From assembly GCF_009914755.1 (NCBI RefSeq), contig NC_060934.1: a stretch of 64,000 nt of DNA; one strand, given 5' to 3'. The notes below the pieces were generated by a model. It did not search any database. It was not told the origin of the DNA and worked only from the letters and a program-made list of their open reading frames with translations. Shown here in pieces: positions 1-15,921 of this stretch (the stretch's first letter is position 1; each line of letters opens with the position of its first letter). The stretch is from the human T2T-CHM13v2.0 reference genome, Homo sapiens. The translations under genes were made by a program, and so were the position numbers.

Positions 1-48
1 GCTGCTTCCCACAGAAATGTTTCCATAATTCTAAAAGGAGGTCCATGG

Positions 49-227
49 CAGTGTATCCTAAACCCAGCCGCTCATCAGAATCACTTGCAGGGCTGGTTAA
101 ACCACAGATTGCTGGGTCCAACACCCTCAGTTTCTGACCTAGTCAATCTGAAGTGGGCCCTGGAATCCATATTTTTAGGAAAATGCCCAGGTACCTCTAA
201 TTTGGAAATGGGTATTGAAACCACAGG
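49..227. mobile_element. MER5A-type hAT MITE
   Basis: catcagaatcacttg..aaccacagattgctgg..cagtttctga core with degenerate TIRs. Confidence 0.75.
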
Positions 228-1214
228 ACAGGTGACCTTTAAGCAACTTTCCTACTCTAGGTGTATCTCCACTTAAAAATAGAGAATTAAAATATAGACA
301 CACTTAAGAAACAGGAGGAAACTTTTCCTTGCTCAATCTAGTCATATAATGGTAAACCTCTTCTGCTAAGATTCAAAGGCTGCAAGGTAAGTAATACTTA
401 ACTGCTTCTGAGTGCATTAAATAATCGAGCCACAGCTTGAGTCTTGAGGTTGGAAAGGTACTTTCAAATGTCACAGACACTGGGTATTTGGATCAGGAAT
501 GTGGTCTGGGTGCCTTCCAGACAGAGCCTGCCTGTGCCAGGCTGGCAGGGTCTCAGCACGGCCCAAACCCTGTCTCCCCTGGCTTCTGAGAGCTTTGTTT
601 CTGCCATGTGGGAAGGAAACTGTCTGGTTCTAGAAATACACCAAAGCACCAAATATATCTGTGGATGCTAGAAGTCTGGAATCAGAGACGATTAGTGCTC
701 AAAAGAAACTAGCTAGCCACTGTCTAGTTTTCTTCTCTTGCCATTTTAGAGGTGGGGAGCTGTGAGCTCCAGAAAGCTTTGACACGTGTCTGGGAAGTGT
801 CAGAGATGGGTCTAAACCAATGACTGAGTCTAGTCTCTCCAGCTTATCTCTGTTTGGTTCAAACATTACTTTGTTTTTAGGTATCTGTGAAGATAATAAA
901 AATCAAGCATGAGTGAAGTAAGAAGGCTAACTCAGGAAATTTAGGACAAGCTCTTTGTGGCAAAAATATACCTAATAAGTTTTGGAATTTTTTCCCCTTT
1001 ATTTCTTCCTTGGGTCTTTTCCCCAAAATGAATGCTTTCAGTGTCTGTTCATCTTTAAAAGTCAACAGTAAGTAGGACTTCATGATAATGGGAATGACTT
1101 CTTTTGCTTTCAGATTTTGCCCGATTGAGGTGAACTACAAATTAAACAAACAAACAAATAAACCAACCTCATACAGAAAAATACTATAAAATTGTTAGCT
1201 TGCAACTGCACTTA

Positions 1215-1549
<335 letters not shown>

Positions 1550-1773
1550 TCAAATATTTATGTACTAGATATTGTTCTAGGTACTAGGGATAAAGCAGTG
1601 AACAAAACACACTAAAAATCAAAAAGCACTTTAATCCTGGAAATTGCTATCTAGCCAGTAAAATATTAGACATGAATTCAATTGGCAATTTGTAGTTATA
1701 GTCTAAATAAATACAGCTTTAAATGTTAACCATCAGACACAATTATGTTATGTGAAAACAGCCTAACATGTAA

Positions 1774-2127
<354 letters not shown>

Positions 2128-2334
2128 CTAGCTAAAACTATTGCATTCATTTGCATGTCTGTGTTCCCTTTATAAAAACAAACAAAAGAAGTTAGCCAGT
2201 CCACGTATTACATTTCCTAGAAATTTTTACATCTCTTAATGGGGCTTCCAGGATTTAAAAGGATTAGCAGTGTCTGCCTTGGGCCAAACTCCCCTGAGGC
2301 AGCAAACGCTTGTCTTCACAGTCTGGGGAATTCT

Positions 2335-2880
2335 GGTCAGATCCTTTTGGTTACAAAGAAAAGAGACCCAGTTGAGTGTGCTCAAGAAAAGGGGCCTTAA
2401 TCATGAGAACCCAGTGGAAAAACACAACACAAGCTGTGGACCAGAGCCCAGTGCAGCCAGCTCTCAAGGGACTAAGATGGGAAACCCCAGACAGGAACAG
2501 GATCTCTCTTTCTCTCTCTAATGGCTTCTCAGCTTTTCTCAGTGCACCTATTTCCCCTCTTTCCTCCCTCTGGCTTTCTCTGTGATTTAATTGCTCCTCT
2601 CCCAAAATCTCATCTTGCTTATGCGCCATAATGGCCACACAAGCCTCAGTTCTGCTTTGCTTTTCAACGGTAGTTGCTACCACTATCACCACTTGGGAAT
2701 TTCCCTTTGGAGGCTCTTCTCTAGAGAGAAGCCTGACTAGTGTGCCTTATTTTCTGGAGCCAGCCATATAAGGTGTAGGCTGCTGGCTGGTTTGTAGTTG
2801 ATTCTTCTCACTGGGTCAGATGTCACTCCTTATTCTACTGGCTGTGGCCAGAGTCAGATGATATTAAAATGACAATTGGG
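2335..2880. mobile_element. Very old MaLR-type LTR remnant
   Basis: ttttggttacaaagaaaagagaccca..aagaaaagggg resembles old MLT1 termini; highly diverged. Confidence 0.4.
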
Positions 2881-2884
2881 GTCA

Positions 2885-3177
2885 TTTTTTTTTTTTTGAG
2901 AGGAGTCTCGCTCTGTTGCCCAGGCTATAGTGCAATGGCGCGATCTCGGCTCACTGCAAGCTCCTCCTCCCAGGTTCAAGCAATTCTCTGCCACAGCCTC
3001 CCAAGTAACTGGGATTACAAGCACCTGCCACCATGTCTGACTAATTTTTTTGTATTTTTAGTAGAGACGGGGTTTCACCATGTTGGCCAGGCTGGTCTTG
3101 AACTCCTGGCCTCATGATCCACTCACCTCGGTCTCCCAAAGTGCTGGGATTACAGGCATTAGCCACCGTGCCCAGCC
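2885..3177 (-). mobile_element. Alu (AluS)
   Basis: Dimer on minus strand, TSD ggtcatttt. Confidence 0.95.
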
Positions 3178-3414
3178 TGAGGTCATTTTTATGCAGCAGC
3201 ACGTGTCAATGAGGCAGATTCCTCCAGAAGGCAGTGTTTGCAGACAAGCACCCTGAGACTGTTTTAGTATTGTGGTGGTACTTTTAAAAATCAGATCAGA
3301 ACATGGGGTTGATCCTGAATCCCATGTGTGTTTAACTATGTACCTATTGTGTCCTGGGAAAAGTCAGGAGATAGGGTACTCCCAAATGAAGCCAGAACTG
3401 GACCCAGGAGCCCA

Positions 3415-4149
<735 letters not shown>

Positions 4150-4629
4150 TGACTACTTTTGAATTCACATCAAATCCCAATATCTGAGCTCGGGGTAAGC
4201 TTGGGCCCAGGTGGACCCTTGGTGGAAGTTAAAGGAATGGCCTCCATTTGGGCAATTTTCAGGCGAAGATTATGGTAGATTGTTGGCAGATTTCTGCCTA
4301 GAATGGGATCAAGGGGTGAGCTAAGAATAGATAGTGAGATTTTGGTTTAATCAATCCAGAGAGGATAGTGGATCCTGGAAAAGTATAAATGGCTGAACTT
4401 TAAGCTCAAAATACTCTTCTTGTCAGAGAGAGGTTAGCTGAGAATTTCATCCTGGAAGCCCAAGTAGGCTGATGAGATGGAATACTTAGTATTCCAGGAA
4501 AAACAGGAGGGCCACTTGGAAGGCTGCTGTCCTTTGATCAAGTGGGGTGACATGCAGCAGGTTTTGTAGAGCTGGTGATCAGCAAGACCCATGCTGACAG
4601 TGAAGGTGGGTGAGCAAAGATTTGACAGT

Positions 4630-4790
4630 GCAGACTTTGGGGTCAGACAGAAAGTTCCAGAGCTGCATAATCGGGTGAGCCTCACTTTCCTCATCTGTAA
4701 CACGGAAATTATATCTATTTCTTAGGGTTGTGAAGAGGGTTAAATATGATGTAGTCTGTAAAGTTTAAATGTTAGCTGTAATTAAACCAA
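4630..4790 (+). mobile_element. MIR
   Basis: gagcctcactttcctcatctgtaa..agggttgtgaagagggttaaatatg core. Confidence 0.7.
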
Positions 4791-5519
4791 CTATAGTTGT
4801 TACCGTCAGAATACTTGTCCATGACCATTGACAAAACACATCACCGTGCAGTATTTCACTTGGTTTTACCATTCAGAACTGCATTTTCTGACCACAACAA
4901 TGAGCAGAAATCAGGAGAAAAGGAAAGCACTTTGATACTTCCTTTGAGGTGATCTCTTCTTTCTAGAATTCTCTTTTAATCTGGGTTCAAAGCTTCTATT
5001 CTAAGGTTGAGAGCTAAAAACCCCTGGGAAGGACAGGACTTGAATCAAAATTTACACTAAAGTTCTAAATTATTGATAATTTTTTAATGAGAAATATTTT
5101 TGGTGGTAAGGGCAGGGCTGGGGAGGAGAAAGACATAGTATACTGATGATTAAAAAGAGTAAAAGTGAATGAAAATAGGTCAAGGGAATCAAAGACCAGG
5201 TATTCACTTTTTCTTATGACCAGCTTGGCCTGTGTTTCACCAAAAGGTACTCTGTTAAATTGGATGACCTCTCTCAAAAATCCATAATGTGAGCTACTGT
5301 GTTAAAGGCTCTGAGAAGTTCTACAGCCAAGAAGATGCCTTCACTTCATTTAGTTCAGCATTCTTAGGTTTACTGTCCACAGAACCTCTTTTTCAGCATA
5401 GGTCCTATCAGCCTCCTGAGGAACCAGGAACACACTTTGCAATTCTGCTCCACATCTAATCAAAGAAGGGGGTCCACCCAATTCCAACTTCTCCTGTATC
5501 TTCTCACTTTGACTTATCT

Positions 5520-5705
5520 AGGTGCATTGAAGAAGACAAGATTGGGCAAATATGATAATTGTCTTCAAATGTCTGGAGGTTTGGCATTAGACAGTGGGAT
5601 TTAGATTTGCTCTGTATAGCTCCAAAGAATAGAGTGAAGTTCAGTTCTTTGGATTCCAGGAAAGCAGACCTCACTTCTGAATAAGAGAGAATTTTAAAAA
5701 ATTGC
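5520..5705 (+). mobile_element. L3/CR1 LINE fragment
   Basis: gaagaagacaagat..tatgataattgtcttcaaatgtctggagg..gatttagatttgctctgtatagctcca. Confidence 0.6.
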
Positions 5706-5956
5706 CTTATTTTTTGAAGAGGCATTATAAGCATATGGTATGCAATCTAAAAGGTGTTAATACCAAGTGAGGATGTGGATCAAGAAATCTTTACAAACAG
5801 CTGGTGGTGTAGTCACTTGGAAAAGTGACCGTTTCTATATTCTGTAACCCAGCCATCCATCTGGTGGTATACATGCCAGAGAGACCCTTGTGCACACGCA
5901 CCAGGAGGTGTGTACAAGAATGTTCCGGGAAAGACTGTGTGCCAAACTGGAAATGA

Positions 5957-6210
5957 GCAAATGTCCGCCAACAGGAGAATGGATAAACTGTAATATTTTC
6001 ATATGATGAAATTGTACACAGTAATAAAAATGAAAAACTATAGATATATGCCACAACATGGACAAATCGTTGAAACTTAAAGTTGAATGAAAAGAAGTAA
6101 GTTGTAGAAGACTGTATATAGCATGATATAGTTTTTATTAACTCAAAATCAAGTCAGATGAAATAATATATTGTTTAAGAATATATCTGTATAATTATTT
6201 TTAAAAGATA
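5957..6210 (+). repeat. Arm 1 of a 254-bp inverted duplication (old L1M 3' sequence)
   Basis: Reverse complement of 7093-7346, about 4 mismatches counted by eye. Confidence 0.95.
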
Positions 6211-6248
6211 GCAAAAGACAGCATTATTTGTTATAGTCAAAAGACTTA

Positions 6249-6620
<372 letters not shown>

Positions 6621-7092
6621 TTATTTGGCAATAAAGAGAAACAACGTGCCGAGACATGCTACAACATGGAGGAAACTTGAAAGTATTTTACTAAATGAAA
6701 GAAGCCAGTCACAAAGGACTGCATATTACATGATTCCACTTACAGTATATGCCATTTCAGAATAAATAATTCCATAGAGACAGAAAGTAGGTTGCCAGTT
6801 GCCTGGGTGGATAAGGGACAGACTTGGAGGACAGAGTGTTTCGGAGGGGTAATGAAAATATTCAAAAATTGTGATGACAGTTGCACAACTACAAATACAC
6901 TAAAAACCATTAAATTGTACACTTTAAATGGGTACATTGTATAATATGTGAATTATATCTCAATATAGTTGTTATAAAAAGTAGCGACAGAATAATAGAC
7001 ATACAATTCAGGAAGTGGGTATTTACGGAGGAGGAAGTGCAGTAGGGAGAGGGGACACGAAAGGATGGGTTTGAGAAAGAAAATTTTTAAAT

Positions 7093-7346
7093 TATCTTTT
7101 AAAAATAATTATACAGATATATTCTTAAACAATATATTATTTCATCTGACTTGATTTTGAGTTAATAAAAACTATATTATGCTATATACAGTCTTCTACA
7201 ACTTACTTTTTTTCATTCCACTTTAAGTTTCAACGATTTGTCCATGTTGTGGCATATATCTATAGTTTTTCATTTTTATTACTGTGCACAATTTCATCAT
7301 ATGAAAATATTACAGTTTATCCATTCTCCTGTTGGCGGACATTTGC
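7093..7346 (-). repeat. Arm 2 of the 254-bp inverted duplication
   Basis: Reverse complement of 5957-6210; the ORF track shows the same peptide MSMLWHISIVFHFYYC on both strands. Confidence 0.95.
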
Positions 7347-7546
7347 CCAGAAGTAGCCTCTATAGAGCTGAAAATGATCTAGTAATAGCTGTGAGGTTCT
7401 GTCTGTGTGTGTCGGGGGTAGAGGTGCATTGGCATTCTTGATTTTTAAAAATTAGACTACATAATTTGCATATATGTTGCAAATATCCTTTTGTCATTAT
7501 CAAATAATTCATAATAAAATCTTAATACAAAATGTACAAAAAGACT

Positions 7547-7877
<331 letters not shown>

Positions 7878-8297
7878 TCAGCCTCACTCCCTTTACCCAG
7901 CCTCCCAGTTTCCCACCTTGAAGACAGCCACTGCTTGCTGGTTCTTGTGTGTCCTTACAGAGAGTCTACGTGTTTATAAGCAGGATGTGTGTGCACATGC
8001 AGAAGTGACTGTGCTCTCTGCACGCTGTTCCACACATTGTTTCACAAACCCGATATGTTTGGAGAACTTTCCAAACCTGTATGCAGAGTAGCCTTGATCG
8101 TGTTACTGGACAAAAGGCTTTATGTCTTATTTCGGAAGAATGTATCTTCTGGAGTCAGGCTGTCCTTGGTTGGCTCACAGCATGTTCCTTTGCTTTATTC
8201 AGACCTGAAACAAAAAGTCCACCTCATCTCAAATGGCTCTCTTACATCACCCTCTACCTGCTTCCCTTCTATTTCTTCTTAGCATAACTTGGCATGA

Positions 8298-8722
<425 letters not shown>

Positions 8723-8724
8723 AA

Positions 8725-8910
8725 ATCCCAGATCCATCATGTACTAGCTATAAACTTTTGAGCAAGCTGCTAAATCTCTCCTTCCCTCAGTTTCCTTATT
8801 ACACAATAGTATAATAGTGACCATGAAGATTAAATAAATGTATACTTCCAAAACACTTAGAACAGGGCCTGGCACATAGCAGCATTCATTCTATGTGGGC
8901 TCTTCTTATT
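8725..8910 (+). mobile_element. MIR
   Basis: ctctcccttccctcagtttcctt..cacttagaacagggcctggcacatag. Confidence 0.7.
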
Positions 8911-10533
8911 AGAATATCCCAGTGCAGGGATGTACCATAATTTCTTTCACTGGTCTTCTATTTAGGTTATTTCCGAGTGGGGCTGCAATGCATAACTTTC
9001 TACTTAATGCCATTTTGCTCTTGAGCAAGTCTATCAGTTGGATGAATTTCTAGAAATGGAATTGCTGGGTTCAAAGGTACATATATTTTTAATTTTGAGA
9101 GATAATGCCAACTTGAAGAGATAATGATGAGCAGAACTGGACCACACTGGAAGATGCTGTTCCTGACATCTTGTGACTATTTAGTCACAAGGCTCTGTGA
9201 CCAGGTCTCAAGTATGGGGCAGCAGTAATTCCTCCTGCCGGTGGGAGGCTGGGCTGTGTGATCTGCAAGGTCCCTTCAGATCCAGGATGCAATAATATGT
9301 TCCATACTATTATTGGCTAAGTGCCAGGCATACTTGCAACATAAAAATGCAAACCTAAAATATTTCATTTTCTATCCCACTGGTAGTAATGGGGAGAGAT
9401 ACTCTTTTAACTTATTTTTAAACTAAGAGCCAGTTTTCTATTCACACTGTAGTGTTTTTTATTTTTTCACTATTTTTTGGACCTTTTTGAAGGTATTTGC
9501 TATAAAAATTTTTAAACGTCCAGCAAAGCTTTTTAAAAAAAATGTGACCAATTATTTGAAGTCTTCTTATACAAATTAAACTTTTCTATAATGATTGGGG
9601 TAGGAAGTGGGTCAAAAAATATTGTATTTCTTTTTTTTTTAAACTTTATTGGCTCTTTTTTTCCTGTTGAGTCTAGTCAATAATCCACATTCTACAGCCA
9701 CTCAAATGTCAAAATGTTTCAAAAATATATAAAAAAATAAAGAAATGAATAGAAGCGTCCTTGTTCTTTAAATTATTTCTGTGTTACCCTGAACTGTAAG
9801 TGAACCCTCCTTGCTTATAAAAGAAGCAGCTGTTCATGCAATTGAAACCATGGTTCATTACAAGCTGACCTCGGATTCAGGAGTAAAACTTCCTCTATTT
9901 TACTACGACTATTCAGACAGGGACTGGAGATAAACAATAATCAAAATCAGGATGGAACTTGACTGGGAAACCCTCTATGTTCTTTGGCAGAATTATAGCA
10001 GCTCTCGAATTGCCAGGAGTGAGGCAACGTGAAATGACCCTCAAACATTCCCTTCGAAATGCAGTGCGCCCAGGCTGCCAACTCTGAACCGACAAAGGCT
10101 GATTGTGATGACTTCTTAAGCATATACTTATAGAAACATTAATTATCACCAACCCTATTTTAAACATTTATAGAGAGTTGAGATGAAAGGACCCTTTTAG
10201 ATCCACTTTTATATTCCCTCTTGTAGGAAACTATGATTACAGAGTGGTTTTTCTTTTTCCCCCCTCCTTGGAAATTTTCATTTCTAGGTCTTATTCCTAA
10301 AATACTAAGTTTGGTTTGAGGTTTACATGATAATCAGGTTAGGTATGAGAAGATAGCAGGGAAATTCAATGGTTAAGTGGAGGTGATGACAGGAACATGG
10401 CGGGGGGTTCCATTGCAGTGTGGGAGGTTTGGGCATCTTCATCAGGAAATGACCCATTTTGGAAATGTGGACATTCAGTTTGCCAGGGTGCCAGTGGAAG
10501 GTGATTCTAGAGTGAATCTGCTAAGGTCTAAGA

Positions 10534-10727
10534 CAGTGGTTCTCAAACATTAGAATTCATCAGAGTCTTGGGATGGAGCTGCTTTAAAATGGACAACATG
10601 GGGTCCCACCCATGGAGAATTCCATCAGTGTGTCTGGGGCAGAGGTGGGGGTTGGGGGAGCAGCATTTTAACCAACACTCCTTGTCATTTGAATGCAGGG
10701 AGCTTGAGGCCACACTTTGAGAGGCAT
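10534..10727. mobile_element. MER5A-type hAT MITE
   Basis: cagtggttctcaaac..ccacactttgagag. Confidence 0.75.
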
Positions 10728-11634
10728 GTGGCTTGATGATTGATTATTACTAGGCTGTCACTCAAAGGGCCTTCAGGTATGTGCCTACTCAACCTACATT
10801 TATATGCTCCCTTTCCAGAACCCAACCCTACAGCCTCCACCCAAGTCTCCTCCATGGCACATGGCATCGTGTGTGAAGGTTGACCCCCATAATGGTCTGT
10901 GGGAGGCCATGTGCAAGGGGGTTCTTGGCTGAAGAATGCTTTAACTTATTGAAGGCAATCATAATTCTTTATAGAGTCATGAAAAAGGAGGAAGGAGAAA
11001 GAGAGGTCACAGGCCAAACTATCCACCCTTGGGCAGTAAATGTCCTTAGCATGTAAGGTCCTGAACTGGGCATAGTGGAGTGAATATGAAATATGATGGA
11101 GAGGGCCCGGACTTGGCTTTGGTAGGGCTGACAAGTCAATGGGCACAGTGCAATATGGCAGCCTATATAAAAAGCGAGGTGGTTTGAAGAAATCACAAAG
11201 GTGAACAAATTCAATGAGCCTTTGTTTGAGACTTGGCTCTGCTCATGTTTCCCAGTGCCCACTCTTCCTCTCCACCCTCCTTTTCCTGTACTCCCTTCTC
11301 TAGGCCAAGAGAACATCTGTCTGTTAGCAGTTCACCTTCTCATTCTCTGCTCTGTACATGTGAACATGAATCACTAGACATACAAAATAGGGTGTCAGGA
11401 GGACAGGAATGTGCCTCCCATCGGGCCCAATGTCTCTTCCATCCAATTCGCAGTGTCTGAAAAGCACCTCTGGACCAAGGCCAGCAGAGACTGTTGCTCT
11501 TCTTCCTTCTGCCTCTAGCTTTCTGCACATGATACCCAAGTTCAATCAGATAGGAATATGTGCCATTCACCCTAAAGCAAGCTCTTTCCCAGTACTGCCA
11601 ATGCCAGGAGGTTCCAATTTAGAATTGAGAGAGA

Positions 11635-11790
11635 GAGCTGTTATTTATTAAGTACTACTATGTGCCAGACACTTTGCATCCTCATCATGTTGAATCCTAA
11701 CAATAACCCTGCAAGGTGGGCATCTCTGTTACAAGTGGGGAAGCTGAGGTTGAAAGATGCTGTGACTTGTCCAAGATTGTACCCATAGGA
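11635..11790 (-). mobile_element. MIR
   Basis: tactatgtgccagacacttt..gaagctgaggttgaaagatgctgtgacttgtccaagatt. Confidence 0.65.
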
Positions 11791-12003
11791 CTAGAATGTG
11801 TGGGGTTGAGGGAGGGCTTTATGCTGTTTCTGGTTGCTTTTATGATTTGCTCAACTTTGAAGCATTTACTGTAGCTGCATTTTATGCCCATTTAGGGAGC
11901 AGTATAGTGGAGAGGTGAAGAATTGGGCCTGGAGACAGATCACCTGGGGCTCTGCCTCTCACTAGCTGTGAAACTTCCGGCATGTTGCCTTCGCTATCCC
12001 TCA

Positions 12004-12282
<279 letters not shown>

Positions 12283-12468
12283 TCACCCAGCGTGGTGGTG
12301 CGTGCCCATAGTTCTAGCTACTTGGGAAACTGAGGTGGGAGGATTGCTTGGGCCCAAAAGGCAGAGGCTGCGGTGAGCCGTGTTGGGCCACTGCACTGCA
12401 GCCTGTGCAACGGAGTGAGAACTTGTCTCAAAAGAGAGAGACAGAGAGAGAGAGCGAGAGAGAGAGAA
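12283..12468 (+). mobile_element. AluJ right arm with (GA)n tail
   Basis: ggtgggaggattgcttgggccca; GA repeat 12433-12467. Confidence 0.85.
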
Positions 12469-12759
12469 TAAGGTGCTTAGCACAGTGTAAGTGCCTCAAC
12501 TAATATTGGTTATATTATACAATCGTCATGATCTTTGCAAGCTCCTTTAAAATGGGATATGATGAAATGATGAAAACAATGGCTAAATGGTGCAGAGCGA
12601 AGGCACAAAGAATGCATGCATGCACAAAGGAGTTAGAGTGATGGTTTAGTGATGGGAGGGAGGGATAGGTCACAGAATGACTAAGGCGCAGATATGCTGG
12701 GGCAGTCACTGACAAAATGGGCCAATGCTGTTGGGGCGGCCTCCTGAGATACCTCCCCT

Positions 12760-13200
12760 GTTCCATGCATGGGCTGAGCAGGCGGATCCAGGTTAGCAGA
12801 GGCCGGATGGGCTAGCACCCTTGCAAGGGTCGCTCCCCAGGACCTCAGCAGTCTAGCCCCAATTATGGTGGCTGCTAATTACCTTCCCAGCTGCAGCTGC
12901 GGGACCCTGCTGGGTGGGTGGACCTGAAGTTGTGGAAGCGGGGGTGATTCTCAGAGATTAAAGAGGGAGGCGGTTCCTGACCCCGCCTATCTGGGAGCTC
13001 CTGATCTGCTTGGCGCATCCCAGCCCTGCGCCTCCGGAGGGTGCGCCCTGGTCTGGCACCCTGGGGAGGGAACCTGGGACACATCAGAGGAGATCCTGAG
13101 GGGTCAATTAGACCAGGTCTAATTGATTAGACCAGGAAGGCTGACGTTCTGCCGGGGAGAGAGGTGGGGCGGGAACGGCTAAAGGCATTCCTGTTTGATC
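12760..13200. promoter_or_regulatory. GC-rich, CpG-retaining unique segment with GC boxes (candidate promoter or enhancer)
   Basis: About 15 CpGs outside any repeat; ccccgcc at 12981 and ggggcggg at ~13166. Confidence 0.4.
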
Positions 13201-13245
13201 TTTATTTTCCAGATGGCAAATTGAGGATTAGAAAATTAATCCAGG

Positions 13246-13562
<317 letters not shown>

Positions 13563-13884
13563 TTAATCCACGTTCGAACTCGGAGAGGCTGAGTCCTGAA
13601 CAGGCTGTTAGAACAGTAGGCTGTGGCCTCAGAGAAAGGAGAATCATAATACCTGCGTAATTCACTCGGCAGGGTGCTTGTGGACTCTGATAGTGATAAT
13701 CTAGGACCAGTAATTAGTCAACTATATTTCCCTGTCTTCATCCATGTGTCCAGTATTTATGATGTGCCTGTGAGCTTTGTAATTATTAGTATGTCTAAGT
13801 TTTTGTAGGGCATACAGATTTTCCATCCATTGCCTGAAGGTGTTTATTGTCCAAGAATAACAACTATAATAATAAAAGTACTGA

Positions 13885-14100
13885 ATCCCACTGATTAAAT
13901 ATCTACTATGTGCTGTTCATGATCTCACTGTATTGTGACAATTATAATTACATAGCTATTATCAGGCCATTTTATAGATGAAGAAATTGAGGCTCAGGGA
14001 GGTTAAGGAGCTTGCTCTCCATTCAGGACACACAGCTTCTGGTCAGTGCTGAAGCCAAGATTGATATCCAGACTCTATACTATAAAGCCCTTGCTCTTAG
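13885..14100 (-). mobile_element. MIR
   Basis: ccattttatagatgaagaaattgaggctcagggaggttaag. Confidence 0.7.
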
Positions 14101-14702
14101 TATAACTACAAAGCCCTTGCTCTTGGTTGCTGGTCCAGGGAGGAGTCTATCGACCGTGAGAGATCACCCACTAAATGAAGGTGGACTTTTGAGCCCTGGC
14201 TTCAACCAGAACGGTCAAAAAAGCCTTCTTGCAAGGGCAGGACGCAGAAAGTGTTCTGCAGCCTGAGGAGAGGAGGCATTTCACGAAGGCGAGAGGGGTC
14301 AGTGAGGAGGGGCAAGGACCAGAGACATTGAGGATGGTCACAGCTGCTGCTGCCTCCCCTGAGCTTCCCAACAGCCCCATGAGGGAGGAGGGGCAGGGAT
14401 AACACCTCCATTTTGAAACGACGGGAGCTCAAAGAGGTTTATGTGGCTTGCGCAAGGTACCCCGCTACTAAATGATAAAAGTGTGTCCCCTGACTCCTTT
14501 CATTTTACAAGTAGCATGGAACCATGGAATTTTTGTGGCTAGAGTATGGGAGATGGGGAGGTGGATCCTCTTGTATCATTAAATGTATAATTTTCATTAT
14601 CGTTGTAAGAGCATCATTCTTAACCTTTTTTTTTTTTCATGCCACAGACCCCTTTGGCAGTCTCACGAAGTCTGTGGATCCCTTTGCCAAAAAATAGTCC
14701 TG

Positions 14703-15178
14703 TTTTTAAAATTGTAGTAAATACAAATAACATAAAATGTACCATCTTAACTATTTTTAAGCATACAGTTCAGTGGCATTAAGTACATTCAGACTGTTTT
14801 GCTACCTTCACCACCATCCATCCACAGAATTATTTTTATCTTGCAAAATTGAAACTCTGTACCCATTAAACAATAACTCCCCATTCTCCCTACCTTCTAG
14901 CCCCTGGGAACCACCATTGTACTTCCTGTCTCTATGAATTTGACTACTCTGGACACCTCATTTCAGTGGAATTATACAGTCTTTATCCTTTTGCGACTGG
15001 CCTACTTCACTTGGCATCTTGTCCTCAAGGTTCATGAATGTTGTAGCATGTGTTGGAATTTTCTTCCTTTTTAAGGATGAGTAATATTCCATTGTATGCA
15101 TATACCACATTTTGTTTACCCATTTATCCCTTGACAGATACTTGTGTTGCTTCCACCTTTTGGCTATTGCAAATGATG
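14703..15178 (-). mobile_element. L1MB 3' end
   Basis: aacataaaatgtaccatcttaactattttt..ttccaccttttggctattg. Confidence 0.88.
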
Positions 15179-15335
15179 AGCCAAATAATGTTTTAAAATA
15201 CATAAAATTACATATGTGTATATATAGTATATATTATATAAATGTATATTTACAGAAATTATATGCGATGTAATTACAAAGGAAAATATTTATATTGATA
15301 TACAGTTATCTATCTATTGATCTATCATCTATCTA

Positions 15336-15620
15336 TATTTTTTGAGACAGGGTCTCACTCTGTCACCCAGCAAGAGTGCAATGGCACAGTCATGGCTTAT
15401 GGCAGCCTTGAACTCCTGGGCTCAAGTGATCCTCTCACCTCAGGCTCCCGAGTAGTTGGGACTACAGGCACACACCACCATGCCTGGCTAATTTTTATAT
15501 TTTTTGTGGAGATGGGGGTCTCACTTTGTTGCCCAGGTTGGTCTCAAACTCCCGGCCTCAAGCAAACCTCCAGTCTCAGCCTCCCAAAGTGTTGGGATTA
15601 CAGGCACGAGCCACCACTTC
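15336..15620 (-). mobile_element. AluJ
   Basis: gagacagggtctcactctgtcaccca..ctcctgggctcaagtgatcctc. Confidence 0.9.
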
Positions 15621-15647
15621 TGACTTTCAATATGTTTTTTAAAAATT

Positions 15648-15921
15648 GGCCAGGTGCAGTGGCTTACACTGGGAGACCGAGGTGGGTGGATCACTTGAGG
15701 TCAGGAGTTCAAGACCAGCCTGGCCAACATGGTGAAACCCCGTCTCTACTAAAAATACAGAAATTAGCCTGGCGTGGTGGTGGGCACCTGTAATCCAAGG
15801 AAGCTGAGGCAGGAGAATCACTTGAACCTGGGAGGAGGTGGCTACAGTGAGCCGAGATTGCACCACTGCACTCCAGCCTGGGTGACAGAGTGAGACTCCG
15901 TCTCAAAAAAAAAAAAAAAAA
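15648..15921 (+). mobile_element. Alu (AluS) with small deletions
   Basis: Dimer with A tail. Confidence 0.93.

Noticed and set aside
14958-15203. Similar peptides at 14958-15203 and 61451-61669 (KMWY.HTMEYY) suggesting a duplicated exon
   Set aside because: Independent L1MB copies carrying degenerate ORF2-end and 3'UTR sequence.
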